Below, piece by piece: positions 19,546-30,259 of a DNA stretch of 64,000 nt; within the stretch, counting starts at the first letter, position 1, and each line of letters starts with the position of its first letter. Source of the stretch: an uncultured Candidatus Binatia bacterium (lineage in GTDB: Bacteria; Desulfobacterota; Binatia; UBA9968; JAJDTQ01); contig OZ251459.1 of NCBI GenBank assembly GCA_965242525.1, positions 3,968,001-4,032,000 of the forward strand, given 5' to 3'. Both the position numbers and the translations under genes were made by a program. A model generated the notes under the pieces. The model did no database searches, had not been told where the DNA came from, and worked only from the letters and a program-made list of their open reading frames with translations.

Positions 19546-21150
19546 ATGGTGAGTCTGTCTCTGTACGATACGACCTTGCGGGACGGGTGCCAGGGCGAGG
19601 ACGTCTCCTTCAGCCTCGAGGACAAGCTGCGCATCGCCGAGAAGCTGGCGGAGTTGGGCATCCACTACGTCGAAGGCGGCTATCCCGGGTCCAATCCCCG
19701 GGACGCCGAGTTCTTCAAGGACGTGCGCAAGCTGGACCTCAGGAAGACCCGGGTGGCGGCCTTCGGGACCACCCGGAGGCCGTCGGTGAAGCCGTCCCAG
19801 GACGCCAACCTGAAGCTGCTGCTGGCCGCGGAAACGCCGGTGGTGACGCTGGTGGGCAAGACCTGGGACCTCCACGTCCGGGACGACCTGCGCATCAGCC
19901 GCAAGGCCAACCTGGAAGTGATCGAGGACTCCGTGGCCTACGTGAAGACCCGGGTGGACGAGGTGATCTTCGACGCAGAGCACTTCTTCGACGGGTGCCG
20001 CAGCAACCCGGAGTACGCGCTGGACTGCCTCAGGGCCGCGGAGGCCGGCGGCGCCGACTGGATCGTCCTCTGCGACACCAACGGCGGCGGCATGCCGTCC
20101 GACATCGGTGCCGCGGCGGCCCGGGCCAAGGCGGAGGTGAAGACGCCCCTGGGGGTCCATTGCCACAACGACTGCGAACTGGCGGTGGCCAACACCATGG
20201 CCGCGGTGGAGAACGGCGTCCGGCAGGTCCAGGGCACCATCAACGGCTTCGGCGAGCGTTGCGGCAACCTGAACCTGTGCTCGGTGCTGCCCAACCTCCA
20301 GTTGAAGCAGGGCTACAAGTGCGTCCGGCCGGCCCAGTTGCGCAAGCTGCGGGAGATCTCGCACCTGTTCTACGAGCTGGCCAACGTGGTGCCCAACAAG
20401 CGGCAGCCCTACGTGGGGGACAGCGCCTTCGCCCACAAGGGCGGCCTCCACGTATCGGGCATCATCAAGAACCGGGAGACCTACGAGCACATCGAGCCGG
20501 AGTTGGTGGGCAGCCGCCAGCGGGTGCTGGTGTCGGACCTCTCGGGCCGCAGCAACATCGTTTACAAGGCCCGGGAGTACGACATCGACCTGAACGGCCA
20601 GGACCAGGCGGTGCACCAGATCCTCAAGCGGATCAAGGAACTGGAGAGCCGGGGCTACGAGTTCGAGGCCGCGGAAGCCTCCTTCGAGCTGCTGATCCAG
20701 GAGGCCCTGGGCAGGAAGAAGCACAACTTCCGGCTCGACGGGTACCGGGTCATCGACGAGAAGCGGGTGGAGACCGAGCCGCCCCTCGCGGAGGCCACCG
20801 TGCGGGTGGAGGTGGGCGGCGTGATGGAGCACGCCGCGGCCCTGGGCAGCGGCCCGGTCCACGCGCTGGACCAGGCCTTGCGCAAGGCCCTCACCGGGTT
20901 CTACCCGTCCCTCGACGAAGTGGAGTTGCTGGACTACAAGGTCCGGGTGCTGTCATCGGGAGAGGGCACCGGGGCCGCGGTCCGGGTGCTCATCGAATCG
21001 GGGGACGGCCGGAGCCAGTGGGGCACGGTGGGGGTGTCGCAGAACGTCATCGAGGCGAGCTGGCAGGCGCTGGTGGACGGCATCGACTACAAGCTCTACA
21101 AGGACCGCAAGAGGAAGGGGCCGAAGGGCCGCGCCGCGGCCGCGTCCTGA
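19546..21150 (+). CDS. cimA: Citramalate synthase
   Basis: [36 protein letters not shown], regulatory C-terminal domain. Confidence 0.93.
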   Translation: MVSLSLYDTTLRDGCQGEDVSFSLEDKLRIAEKLAELGIHYVEGGYPGSNPRDAEFFKDVRKLDLRKTRVAAFGTTRRPSVKPSQDANLKLLLAAETPVVTLVGKTWDLHVRDDLRISRKANLEVIEDSVAYVKTRVDEVIFDAEHFFDGCRSNPEYALDCLRAAEAGGADWIVLCDTNGGGMPSDIGAAAARAKAEVKTPLGVHCHNDCELAVANTMAAVENGVRQVQGTINGFGERCGNLNLCSVLPNLQLKQGYKCVRPAQLRKLREISHLFYELANVVPNKRQPYVGDSAFAHKGGLHVSGIIKNRETYEHIEPELVGSRQRVLVSDLSGRSNIVYKAREYDIDLNGQDQAVHQILKRIKELESRGYEFEAAEASFELLIQEALGRKKHNFRLDGYRVIDEKRVETEPPLAEATVRVEVGGVMEHAAALGSGPVHALDQALRKALTGFYPSLDEVELLDYKVRVLSSGEGTGAAVRVLIESGDGRSQWGTVGVSQNVIEASWQALVDGIDYKLYKDRKRKGPKGRAAAAS

Positions 21151-21194
21151 CCCGGACGCGCCGGTGTGGTCCGCGGGCGCCGGTGGCCGTTCGC

Positions 21195-21923
21195 ATGTGG
21201 AGCATCCTGAAAGAGGACGTCCGGATCGCGTTCCAGCGGGACCCCGCGGCGCGGAACCTGTTCGAGGTGGTGGTGGGCTATCCGGGCGTGCACGCCCTGG
21301 TCTTCCACCGCTTCGCCCACCGGCTGTGGCGCCGGGGGTGGAAGAACCTGGCGCGTTTCGTGAGCCACGCGAGCCGTTTCCTCACCGGCGTCGAGATCCA
21401 TCCGGGGGCCGCGGTGGGGAGGCGGTTCTTCATCGACCACGGCATGGGCGTGGTCATCGGCGAGACCTCGCAGATCGGCGACGACGTGACCCTGTACCAG
21501 GGCGTGACCCTGGGCGGCGCCAGCCTGCGCAAGGAGAAACGCCACCCCACGGTGGAGGACTGCGTCATCATCGGCGCCGGCGCCACGGTCCTGGGCCCGG
21601 TGGTGGTGGGCCGGAACAGCAAGATCGGTTCGGGGTCGGTGGTGGTCAAGGACGTGCCGGCCAACTCCACGGTGGTGGGCGTGCCGGGGAAGGTGGTGGA
21701 AGGGGATGGCGTGCGCCGGGACCCGGTCCAGCAGCGGATCGCCCTGGACCACGACCGGCTGCCGGACCCCATGGCCAAGTCCCTGGGCCACTTGGCGGAG
21801 TACGTCCAGAGGCTGGAGCAGCGGGTGGAAGAGCTGGAAGCCCGGCAGGGAGACGCCGAGGAGCAGCGCCGGGAAGGGACGGAGCCCGCCCGCGGGTACG
21901 GGGACTGGCAGAGGAAGCTCTGA
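21195..21923 (+). CDS. cysE: Serine O-acetyltransferase
   Basis: [29 protein letters not shown]; stop lies inside the downstream MITE TIR. Confidence 0.96.
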   Translation: MWSILKEDVRIAFQRDPAARNLFEVVVGYPGVHALVFHRFAHRLWRRGWKNLARFVSHASRFLTGVEIHPGAAVGRRFFIDHGMGVVIGETSQIGDDVTLYQGVTLGGASLRKEKRHPTVEDCVIIGAGATVLGPVVVGRNSKIGSGSVVVKDVPANSTVVGVPGKVVEGDGVRRDPVQQRIALDHDRLPDPMAKSLGHLAEYVQRLEQRVEELEARQGDAEEQRREGTEPARGYGDWQRKL

Positions 21924-22023
21924 AGATCGTCCCCGTTCGTCCTGAGCGTAGCGAAGCGAAGTCGAAGGACGCGCTTTCCCCACGGGGGAGAGGGAGTTCG
22001 CGTCGGAATCGTCCGGGGGTTCC
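21913..22023. mobile_element. MITE, short form
   Basis: GGAAGCTCTGAAGATC...GTCCGGGGGTTCC; flanks CAGA/CGGA; internal REP family A unit. Confidence 0.8.
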
Positions 22024-22041
22024 CGGACTTGGCTGGGAACG

Positions 22042-23118
22042 GTGGGAGCATCTGCGGAAAAGAAGGTGGCGGTGGCCATGAGCGGGGGGGTGGATAGTTC
22101 CGTGGCCGCGGGGCTGCTGGTGGAGCAGGGGTACGAGGTGGCGGGGGTGTCGCTGCGGCTGTGGGAGGGGCGGGACCCGGGGCCGCGCAACTGTTCGGAC
22201 CACCGGGGAGCCGCGGAGGCCGCGGCGGTGCTGGGCATCCCCCACACGGTGCTGGACCGGCGCAGCGACTTCCGCGCGCAGGTGGTGGAGCCTTTCGCCC
22301 GGAGCTACCTGGACGGGCGGACCCCCAACCCCTGCGTCGCTTGCAACCGCGGGTTCAAGATCGAGGAGCTGCTGGCCTGGGCCGAGGCGAGGGGGATCCC
22401 CCGGGTGGCCACGGGCCACTACGCACGGGTGGAGCGGCGGTGCGGGAGCGCCTCGCTGCTGCGCGGCGCGGACCCCGGCAAGGACCAGTCCTACTTCCTC
22501 TTCGGGCTTTCCCGGAGACAGCTCGAGCGCACCCTGTTCCCGCTGGGGGAGTTCCACAAGGAGGAGGTGCGCGCCAAGGCCCGGGAGATGGGGTTGCCCG
22601 CGGCCGACCGGCCGGAGAGCCAGGACATCTGCCTGGGGGACCATCGCGCGGTGGTGGAGTCCCTGGCGGGAGCGGACCGGCCCGGTCCCGGGGAGATCGT
22701 GGACGGCCGGGGCAACGTCCTGGGGCGCCACGACGGGGTGCACCGGTTCACCGTGGGGCAGAGGAGGGGGCTGGGCCTTGCGGCGCCGCAGCCGTTGTAC
22801 GTGCTGCGCATCGACGCGGCCCGGAGACGGGTGGTGGTGGGGCGGCGCGAAGAGCTGCGCACCTCGGCCTTTGCCGCGGGGCGCGTCAACTGGCTGGCGC
22901 CGCCCCTGCGCGGGGAGGCCGCGGCCGAGGTCCAGGTGCGGTACCGCTCCCGGCCGGCGCCCTGCACCCTGACGCCCGTGGAAGGACACGGGGTCGAGGT
23001 CCGCCCGGACGAGCCGCTGCCGTCGGTGGCCCCCGGACAGGCCGCGGTCTTCTACCGCGGCGAGCGGGTCCTGGGCGGCGGCTGGATCGAACGGGCGCCG
23101 GCCCCGCCGGGGTCTTGA
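22042..23118 (+). CDS. mnmA: tRNA 2-thiouridine(34) synthase
   Basis: [45 protein letters not shown]. Confidence 0.96.
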   Translation: MGASAEKKVAVAMSGGVDSSVAAGLLVEQGYEVAGVSLRLWEGRDPGPRNCSDHRGAAEAAAVLGIPHTVLDRRSDFRAQVVEPFARSYLDGRTPNPCVACNRGFKIEELLAWAEARGIPRVATGHYARVERRCGSASLLRGADPGKDQSYFLFGLSRRQLERTLFPLGEFHKEEVRAKAREMGLPAADRPESQDICLGDHRAVVESLAGADRPGPGEIVDGRGNVLGRHDGVHRFTVGQRRGLGLAAPQPLYVLRIDAARRRVVVGRREELRTSAFAAGRVNWLAPPLRGEAAAEVQVRYRSRPAPCTLTPVEGHGVEVRPDEPLPSVAPGQAAVFYRGERVLGGGWIERAPAPPGS

Positions 23119-23148
23119 ACCACGGGAACCTGCCCGCACGGAACGGCC

Positions 23149-24453
23149 ATGCGCGTCGCCATCAAGACACTGGGGTGCAAGATCAACCAGTACGACTCCG
23201 CGGTGATCCGGGAGCGTCTGGCCCGGGAGTCCTGCTCCTTCGTCCCCTTCGACGAACCGGCCGACGTCTACGTCGTCAATACCTGCACGGTGACCGACCG
23301 GGCGGACTGGGAGGCGCGCCAGCTCGTGCGCAGGGCCAGGAGACGGAGCCCCGGGGCGCGGGTGGCGCTGACCGGCTGCTACGCGCAGGTGAGCCCCGAG
23401 GAGGCCGCGGCCCTGCCGGGGGTCGATTTCGTGGCGGGCCTGAACCGCGTGGACGAGCTGGCGCGTTACGTCCGGGAGGGGGTCCCGGGGGCCGGGACCG
23501 CGGTCTCCGTGGGCGACCCCAGGGACGAACGCGGCGTCCGCGTGCTGGGCGCCCGGCGCTTCCCCGGCCGCGCCCGGGCCTTCCTCAAGGTGCAGGAAGG
23601 GTGCAACTTCGCGTGCAGCTACTGCATCATCCCCACGGCCCGGGGGCGCAGCCGCAGCGTGCCGCCGGAGCAGGTCCTCGAACAGGTGCGCGGGCTCGCG
23701 GAGGCGGGCTTTGCGGAGGTGGTGCTCACCGGCATCCACCTGGGAGGGTACGGTCACGACTTGGCCCCGCGGGTCTCCCTGGGCCGGCTGGTGCGGCGCA
23801 TTGCCGGGAGCGGGTTGGTCCCGCGGCTGCGCCTGAGCTCTCTGGACCCGCGGGAGGTGACCGACGAACTGTTGGCGGTGATGGCGGACTCGGAGGCGGT
23901 CTGCCCGCACCTGCACGTGTGCGTGCAGGCCGGGGATGACGGGGTGCTCAAGAGGATGCGGCGCAACTACGACACCGCCTACTTCGCCCGGTTGATGGAG
24001 CGGGCCAGGAGGAAGCTGCCCGCCGCGGCCCTGGGGACCGACGTCATCGTGGGGTTCCCGGGAGAGACCGGCGCCGCCTTCGAGGCGTCGCTGGACTTCC
24101 TCGCCGGCCAGCCGTTGACCTACTTCCACGTGTTCCCCTACTCGGCCCGCCGGGGCACTCCCGCGGCGGGGTTGCCGGACCGGACGCCGCCGGCCGAGAG
24201 GAAGGAGCGCTCGCGCCGGGCCCGGGACCTCGGCGCGAGCAAGAAGCGCGAGTTCTACCGGAGCCAGGTGGGAAGCCGGGCGTCGGTGCTGGTGGAGGGA
24301 GAGGCCGCGGGCGAGCCGGGTTGGCTCAAGGGCTACAGCCGCAACTACCTGCCCGTGACCCTCGCCGGTCCCCCGGACCTCGTGCGCCGGGAGGTCCCGG
24401 TGACGCTCCGGCGGTGGTCCGGCGGACGCCTTTGGGGAGAAGGGGCCCACTGA
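23149..24453 (+). CDS. mtaB: t6A37 methylthiotransferase (radical SAM)
   Basis: TLGCKINQYD, NTCTVT, CNFACSYC, HVFPYS.R.GT. Confidence 0.93.
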   Translation: MRVAIKTLGCKINQYDSAVIRERLARESCSFVPFDEPADVYVVNTCTVTDRADWEARQLVRRARRRSPGARVALTGCYAQVSPEEAAALPGVDFVAGLNRVDELARYVREGVPGAGTAVSVGDPRDERGVRVLGARRFPGRARAFLKVQEGCNFACSYCIIPTARGRSRSVPPEQVLEQVRGLAEAGFAEVVLTGIHLGGYGHDLAPRVSLGRLVRRIAGSGLVPRLRLSSLDPREVTDELLAVMADSEAVCPHLHVCVQAGDDGVLKRMRRNYDTAYFARLMERARRKLPAAALGTDVIVGFPGETGAAFEASLDFLAGQPLTYFHVFPYSARRGTPAAGLPDRTPPAERKERSRRARDLGASKKREFYRSQVGSRASVLVEGEAAGEPGWLKGYSRNYLPVTLAGPPDLVRREVPVTLRRWSGGRLWGEGAH

Positions 24454-25139
24454 TGGCGGAGGACGCGGAGCTGGAGCGGTTCCAGGAGGCCCTGGGTTAC
24501 CGCTTCCGGGACCCGGTCCTGCTGCGCCGCTGCCTGACCCACGTCTCCTGCGGCGGCGGCGCGGACGCGCACAACGAGACCCTGGAGTTCCTCGGCGACG
24601 CGGTGCTGGGCCTGGCCGTCGGCGACCTGCTCATGCGGCGGTTCCCCCAAGGGAGCGAGGGAGACCTCTCCCGGATGCGCGCGTCGCTGGTGAACCGCAA
24701 GAGGCTGGCGGACGAGGCGCGCCGGTTGCGCGTCGGAGCGGTGCTGCGCCTGGGCAAGGGCGAAGAGCGTAGCGGAGGCAGGCGCAAGGACTCCATCCTC
24801 GCCGCGTCCTTCGAGGCGGTGCTCGGCGGCATCTACCGGGAGGGGGGTTACGAAGTCGTGCGCCCGGTGGTGGAGGGCTGCTTCGCCGCGGACCTGGAGC
24901 ACGCGGGACTGGGGCTGGACGACTACAAGACCCGTCTCCAGGAAGTCAGCCAGCGCCTCTACCGCGTCCTCCCCGCTTACCGGCTGGTGCGGCAGACCGG
25001 TCCGAGCCACGACAAGTGCTTCGAGACGGAGATCCGGGTCGGGAGCCGTCTGGTGGGCCAGGGAGCGGGTCGGAGCAAGAAGCAGTCCGAGCAGGAAGCG
25101 GCGCGGCGGGCCCTGGACGCGCTGGAAGCGCCCCGGTAG
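24453..25139 (+). CDS. rnc: Ribonuclease III
   Basis: NETLEFLGDAVL signature; dsRBD DYKTRLQE...SKKQSEQEAA. Confidence 0.96.
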   Translation: MAEDAELERFQEALGYRFRDPVLLRRCLTHVSCGGGADAHNETLEFLGDAVLGLAVGDLLMRRFPQGSEGDLSRMRASLVNRKRLADEARRLRVGAVLRLGKGEERSGGRRKDSILAASFEAVLGGIYREGGYEVVRPVVEGCFAADLEHAGLGLDDYKTRLQEVSQRLYRVLPAYRLVRQTGPSHDKCFETEIRVGSRLVGQGAGRSKKQSEQEAARRALDALEAPR

Positions 25140-25166
25140 GCCGCACGCCCTCCCGCCGTCATCCAT

Positions 25167-26231
25167 ATGGCGAAGCTCACCTACAAGGACGCGGGGGTGG
25201 ACGTGGAGCGGGCCAGCCGGCTGGTTCGCTCGGTCGCCGCGCTGGCCCGCAAGACCGCGGGGCCCGGAGTCCTGGGGGGCGTCGGCGGGTTCGGCGGACT
25301 CTTCGACTTGGCCCGCGTCCGCGGCCGGCGGCCCGTGCTGGTGTCGTCCGCGGACGGGGTGGGCACCAAGCTCAAGGTGGCCTTCCTGGCCGGCCGCCAC
25401 GACACCGTGGGCATCGACCTGGTGGCCATGGGGGTCAACGACGTCGCCGCCTGTGCGGCCCGGCCGCTGTTCTTCCTCGACTATTTCGCCTCCGGCAAGC
25501 TGGAGCCGGCCACTTTCCGGGAGGTGGTGGGCGGGATTGCGGAAGGCTGTCGTCTGGCGGGCTGCGCGCTCCTGGGGGGCGAGACCGCGGAGATGCCGTC
25601 CCTCTACCGGGACGGCGAGTACGACCTGGCGGGGTTCAGCGTCGGCATCGTGGAGAAGGACCGCATACCCGACCCGAGCTCGGTGCGCGCCGGGGACGCG
25701 GTGGTGGGGCTGCCGTCCAGCGGGCTGCACAGCAACGGCTACTCCCTCGCCCGGAAGGTGCTGCTCGAAAGCGCCGGTCTCAGGTTGCGGTCCCGGGTGG
25801 CGGACCTGGGCCGTCCCCTGGCGGACGAGTTGTTGCAGCCCACGCGGATCTACGCGCCGCTGATAGGCCGCTTGGCCGCCCGGCACCGCATCAAGGGCAT
25901 CGCCCACGTCACCGGCGGCGGCATGGTGGAGAACCTGCCGCGGGTGCTGCCGCCGGGCCTGCGCGCGTGGATCCGCCGGGGAAGCTGGACCGTGCCTCCG
26001 GTCTTCGGACTCATCGCCCGGCTGGGAGGGGTGCCGCAGGCGGAGATGGACCGGACCTTCAACAACGGCATCGGCATGGCGCTGGTGGTGGGACCCGAGG
26101 CGCTGGACGGGGTGGAGCGCGCCCTGCGCCGCCGCGGCGAGCCTTACGCGGTCATCGGCGAGATCCGCAAGGGCCGGCGCGGCGTCTCCTTCACCGGCCG
26201 GGGTCCCGGTGACCGGAGGGCAAACCGTTGA
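25167..26231 (+). CDS. purM: Phosphoribosylformylglycinamidine cyclo-ligase
   Basis: TYKDAGVD, DGVGTK, GGETAEMP, SSGLHSNGYSL, HVTGGG. Confidence 0.97.
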   Translation: MAKLTYKDAGVDVERASRLVRSVAALARKTAGPGVLGGVGGFGGLFDLARVRGRRPVLVSSADGVGTKLKVAFLAGRHDTVGIDLVAMGVNDVAACAARPLFFLDYFASGKLEPATFREVVGGIAEGCRLAGCALLGGETAEMPSLYRDGEYDLAGFSVGIVEKDRIPDPSSVRAGDAVVGLPSSGLHSNGYSLARKVLLESAGLRLRSRVADLGRPLADELLQPTRIYAPLIGRLAARHRIKGIAHVTGGGMVENLPRVLPPGLRAWIRRGSWTVPPVFGLIARLGGVPQAEMDRTFNNGIGMALVVGPEALDGVERALRRRGEPYAVIGEIRKGRRGVSFTGRGPGDRRANR

Positions 26232-26256
26232 CCATCCCCCCCGCGGAGCCGTTCCC

Positions 26257-26931
26257 GTGAGCCGCAAGGTCCCCATCGGCGTGCTGCTCTCGGGCGGCGG
26301 CACCAACCTCCAGGCGATCCTCGACGCGGTCCGGCAGGAGCGCCTGGACGCCGCGGTGCGCACGGTGGTCAGCAACCGCAAGGACGCCTACGGGCTCGTG
26401 CGCGCGCGCGCCCACGGCGTCCCCGCGGCGGTCATCGACCACCGGGACTTCCCTTCCAGGGAGGACTACGACCGGGCGCTGGTGGAGCGCCTGGAGCGGG
26501 ACGGCGTGGAGCTGGTGGTGCTGGCGGGGTTCATGCGGCTGTTGTCGCCGGTCTTCCTCCGCAGCTTCCCCAACCGCGTCATGAACATCCACCCCGCCTT
26601 GTCCCCGTCCTTCGCCGGTCTCCACGGCCAGCGCCAGGCGCTGGAGTACGGCGTGCGGTTCACCGGCTGCACCGTCCACTTCGTGACCGAGGGCTGCGAC
26701 GAGGGACCCGTCATCATCCAGGCGGTGGCGCCGGTGCTGCCCGACGACACCGAGGAGACCCTGTCCCGGCGGATCCGGGTCCAGGAGCACCGGATCTATC
26801 CCCGGGCCATCCAGCTCTACTGCGAGGGAAGGCTGTCGGTGGAGGGCCGGAAGGTCCGGGTGGCCGGGGGCGGGGGAGCGGAGGCCCTGGACGGCAGCGC
26901 CCTGGCGAACCCTCCGGTCAGGGAAGGTTGA
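26257..26931 (+). CDS. purN: Phosphoribosylglycinamide formyltransferase
   Basis: SGGGTNLQAI, LAGFMR, NIHP, GCTVHFV, D.GP.I.Q. Confidence 0.97.
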   Translation: MSRKVPIGVLLSGGGTNLQAILDAVRQERLDAAVRTVVSNRKDAYGLVRARAHGVPAAVIDHRDFPSREDYDRALVERLERDGVELVVLAGFMRLLSPVFLRSFPNRVMNIHPALSPSFAGLHGQRQALEYGVRFTGCTVHFVTEGCDEGPVIIQAVAPVLPDDTEETLSRRIRVQEHRIYPRAIQLYCEGRLSVEGRKVRVAGGGGAEALDGSALANPPVREG

Positions 26932-27541
26932 CCCCGGTGACCACCGTGTAGAGCGAGAAGCGGGAGAACTTGTAAGCCTTGCACTCGGTGAAACCCGAGT
27001 CCCGGAGGAAGGGCTTGAGCTTGAGGTTCGTGCGCCAGCCCAACCGCCGGGTGAGGGGGTCCAGGGACTTGGTGAGCGCGCCCCGGACGCGGGACTCGCT
27101 GGTGAAGTGGTTGACCACGACGATGGTCCCCCCCGGACGGCACACGCGCTTCATCTCGGCCATCATCCGGACCGGGTCCGGCACCACCGACACCACGTGG
27201 AACGCCACCACGTAGTCGAACGCGTCGTCGGGAAAGGCGAGGTCCAGCGCGTCCATCTCCATGACCCGGAGGTGGCGCCAGTCGTTCTGCGCGATCTTCT
27301 CCCGGGCCCGGGCGAGCATGCGGGGCGCCTGGTCGATGCCCACCACGCGGCAATGGCGCGGGTACGCGGGGAACGAGGCGCCGGTGCCGACTCCGACCTC
27401 CAGGACCTCGGCCCCGGGCGGAAGGTCCATCCGCTGTATCACGGTCCGCTCGCGCGAGTAGAAGTACCTGGCGAAGGTCCTGTCGTACAGCGGCGCCCAG
27501 TCCGAATACAGCCTGCTCTCGTGCGCTCCCAGGTCGGCCAT
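26918..27541 (-). CDS. Class I SAM methyltransferase, phosphatidylethanolamine N-methyltransferase-like
   Basis: Y..WAP.YD, VLEVGVGTG, VVSVVPDP, RVCRPGG.IVVVNHF. Confidence 0.85.
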   Translation of the reverse strand: MADLGAHESRLYSDWAPLYDRTFARYFYSRERTVIQRMDLPPGAEVLEVGVGTGASFPAYPRHCRVVGIDQAPRMLARAREKIAQNDWRHLRVMEMDALDLAFPDDAFDYVVAFHVVSVVPDPVRMMAEMKRVCRPGGTIVVVNHFTSESRVRGALTKSLDPLTRRLGWRTNLKLKPFLRDSGFTECKAYKFSRFSLYTVVTGVNLP

Positions 27542-27646
27542 GTCTTGCGTGCGTCCCTTCGCGTCGGGAAGACCCGTCGGGCCCTGCGTTTCCGGTTGCG
27601 GGAAGGACCCCGCAACCGTTCCGGTCCGAGGACGGAACCACTCGGA

Positions 27647-27675
27647 ACGCTATCAATTCGCGCCCGCCTTGTCAA
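27647..27675 (-). promoter_or_regulatory. Sigma70-like promoter for the methyltransferase
   Basis: TTGACA-17 nt-TAGCGT on the minus strand. Confidence 0.55.
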
Positions 27676-30095
27676 GGAACGCCGGGCCGGGGGGCGTTCG
27701 GCGGGCGCCGGAGGTCGATCTCCGCCTCCCATGTCCTCCGGGTGGAAAAAACGCTGAGATCGGTGGGTTTGGTGAACTGGCCCGTGCGGATGCGGGCGAT
27801 GCCGTAGCCGGGGAGTTCGACCAGGGCCAGGCACTTCCCGTCCTGGACCGCGCCGTCCCATCGGAAACGGAAGTCGAGGTTGTCGTAGCCCCAGCGCCTT
27901 CGATGGGAGGGAAGGTCGGCCGGGTCCGAGGGGACGAGGTGGAGGAAGAAGGGCGTGGCCACGTCCTCCGGGACGCAGGGCTCCTTGAGGTAGGTCAAGG
28001 TGTCCCCGTGGAGGTAGATGTCGAAGCGGGATTCGGCGACGGGCTTGGCGGAGGCTCCGGGGAAGGTCTCTTCCCGCACCCGGGCAGAGACCGGTCCGTT
28101 GGCGGACAGGGTGACGGCGATTCGCCAGCGTCTGCCGGACCGGGGTTTCCTCTGGCCGGTCTCGATGGCGCGGACGGGGTAGTCGGGCAGCCGGAGGCGC
28201 AGCATGCACTTGCCGTCGATATGGACGCCGTAACGGGCGAACTCGAAGGGCAGCGGTTCGAAGCCTTGCCGGCGGTGCTGCGGGGCGAGGTCCCGGACCC
28301 GGACGGGAAAGACCCGCAAGGAGAAGGGCATGCGGACGTCCCGCGGGCGGCAGGTCTCCTTCAGGTAGGTGAGGGTCTTCCCGTCGATGTATAGGTCGAA
28401 GTCGGACTCGGCGACCGGGGTGGTGGACTCGAGGGATCTGTATATTTCCCGGTAGTCGTCCGCGGCGTCCTCGCTCACCAGGGAGGGGTCGGCCGCGGTC
28501 ACCGTGAGGATGGTGTTGTTGTAGAGCTTGCTGGAGTGGAGGACGGGTGCGAAGGGCGGTCCGTAGGGCCTGGACCTCACTCGTTTGCGCAAGAAGGAGT
28601 TGGCGTCCAGGACGTAATAGTAGGCCCACGGTTCCCTCCCCACCCTCCGGGTGATCCTTCGCCGGTCCTCCGGCGGAAGGATTTTCAGGTTCGAGACCCC
28701 GCGATAGTTCTCGTGCAGACGGGAGCGGCCCCAGGACACGGGTGAAGAGGGGTGGCGCCGGAGCAGGTGTTCCAACCCTTCGCGGTACGCCAGGCTCGCG
28801 TAGGTCAGGCCGTACCGGCTGCGCAGGCGCTCGGGGGTATGGCGGTCCACCAGGAAGTTGAAATAGAGCGCCTGGTAGGGATGGATGGAGGTCGTTTCGA
28901 TAGCCGCAACGGCCACGCCCGCCGCGGCAGCGGCATAGACTCCTCTCCGCAGCACGGGCCGTGCGCAAAGGGAGGCCAGCCATCGAAGGCCGAGCACGGC
29001 CAGCAGGCAGAGCGGGGCGTAGAGGAAATAGACGTGGCGCCAAGCGTTGTAGATGTTGGAGCCGAGGACGACGACGGCAAGGACGGTCAACGCGAGGCAG
29101 GCGGCGAGCAGGCAGGCGAAGCGCAGGTCCGTGTTGCGGAGGGCGTCCCGGGGACGGAGCCAGAGGGAGCGGACCAGGGAAGCGGCTCCTGCGAGGCTGA
29201 GCAGGAGGACCACCGGGGGCGTGGTGACGGCGATCCAGACGGGGATGTAGTGGGGCGGAATGTCCGGCCAGCCCACCACCTGGCCCTGGAAGAGCGAGAC
29301 GTCGAGGCGAGGGTATCGGGACAACATGGCCAAGGCCATGACGAACTCGAAGGGGTTGCGCCAGAGCCAGGGGGATGCGGCGTAGAGGGTCAGGGCGCCC
29401 GCGGCCGCGAAGGCGAGCCCGGTGTTGCGGACGCGCCTGCGCTCCCGGTCTTCCGACGCCTGGAAGAGGTCGCAGGCCCGCAAGGCCAGGACTGCGGCGA
29501 AGAACAGGACCCCCATGCTGCGGAAGTTGGCGAGCAGGCCCACGCCCGCGCCGCAGAGGACGAAGGCGCGGAGGGTGTCCCGGCGGAAGGCCCGGTGGAC
29601 CAGGTAGAGGGAGACCATGAACATGACGAGGAAGGGGATGTCCTTGGAGTTGACGAAGGAGTGGCCGTAGAGCCTGGGATGGAGGAGGAAGAGGAGGAGT
29701 GCGAAGAGGGCCAGGAGCCGGCTGTCGGACATGCGGTAGGCGAGCAGGGAGCAGAAGAACCCTCCGAGCAGGAAGAAGAGGTGGGTCAGGAGGTGCCGGG
29801 CGAGGTAGGCGCTGCGGCTGTCGTCCAGCCCCGGGAGGCGCTCGGCCAGCGCGAGGAAAGTCTCGAATGCGTTTGCATAGAACCTGTGGTGGCCCAGCCG
29901 TAGCGCGTCGCTCTCCCCCAGGACGTAGTCGAGCGCGGCGTGCCCGACGTTGCGCTGGGTCACTTCGTCCCTCACTACGCCGTAGTCGTCGAGGACGGCG
30001 AAGCCGACGGCTGCGAACAGCAGGCAGACCGCCAGCGCCCACACCGGGAACGGGACGCGCCGCAGGGGCGCCGGGAGGGTCGCCGTCTTCTCCAT
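27672..30095 (-). CDS. GT-C (ArnT/PMT-like) membrane glycosyltransferase with two C-terminal repeat domains
   Basis: DDYGVVRDE acidic loop, many TM helices, HSFVNSKDIPF; two copies of S.FD.Y..G.TLTYLKE.C....F...P...DGKC....LP.Y....I.TGQ. Confidence 0.8.
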   Translation of the reverse strand: MEKTATLPAPLRRVPFPVWALAVCLLFAAVGFAVLDDYGVVRDEVTQRNVGHAALDYVLGESDALRLGHHRFYANAFETFLALAERLPGLDDSRSAYLARHLLTHLFFLLGGFFCSLLAYRMSDSRLLALFALLLFLLHPRLYGHSFVNSKDIPFLVMFMVSLYLVHRAFRRDTLRAFVLCGAGVGLLANFRSMGVLFFAAVLALRACDLFQASEDRERRRVRNTGLAFAAAGALTLYAASPWLWRNPFEFVMALAMLSRYPRLDVSLFQGQVVGWPDIPPHYIPVWIAVTTPPVVLLLSLAGAASLVRSLWLRPRDALRNTDLRFACLLAACLALTVLAVVVLGSNIYNAWRHVYFLYAPLCLLAVLGLRWLASLCARPVLRRGVYAAAAAGVAVAAIETTSIHPYQALYFNFLVDRHTPERLRSRYGLTYASLAYREGLEHLLRRHPSSPVSWGRSRLHENYRGVSNLKILPPEDRRRITRRVGREPWAYYYVLDANSFLRKRVRSRPYGPPFAPVLHSSKLYNNTILTVTAADPSLVSEDAADDYREIYRSLESTTPVAESDFDLYIDGKTLTYLKETCRPRDVRMPFSLRVFPVRVRDLAPQHRRQGFEPLPFEFARYGVHIDGKCMLRLRLPDYPVRAIETGQRKPRSGRRWRIAVTLSANGPVSARVREETFPGASAKPVAESRFDIYLHGDTLTYLKEPCVPEDVATPFFLHLVPSDPADLPSHRRRWGYDNLDFRFRWDGAVQDGKCLALVELPGYGIARIRTGQFTKPTDLSVFSTRRTWEAEIDLRRPPNAPRPGVP

Positions 30096-30103
30096 TGCCA
30101 AGG

Positions 30104-30132
30104 GTTGTAAGGCCCCCCTGCGCCGGCGTCAA
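30104..30132 (-). promoter_or_regulatory. Sigma70-like promoter, probably giving a leaderless GT-C mRNA
   Basis: TTGACG-17 nt-TACAAC ending 8 nt upstream of ATG at 30095; no obvious RBS. Confidence 0.5.
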
Positions 30133-30259
30133 GTTCGGTCCGTGGGCGAGGCGCGGTTGGCGTTCGGCGAGGTTCTCGGATAGATTGGGGAAAGTCGCCT
30201 TCCGGCGCATCCGCCTCCCGCGAGGCTTTCGGTTCCGAACCCCGACGCGTTCCCCCGCC

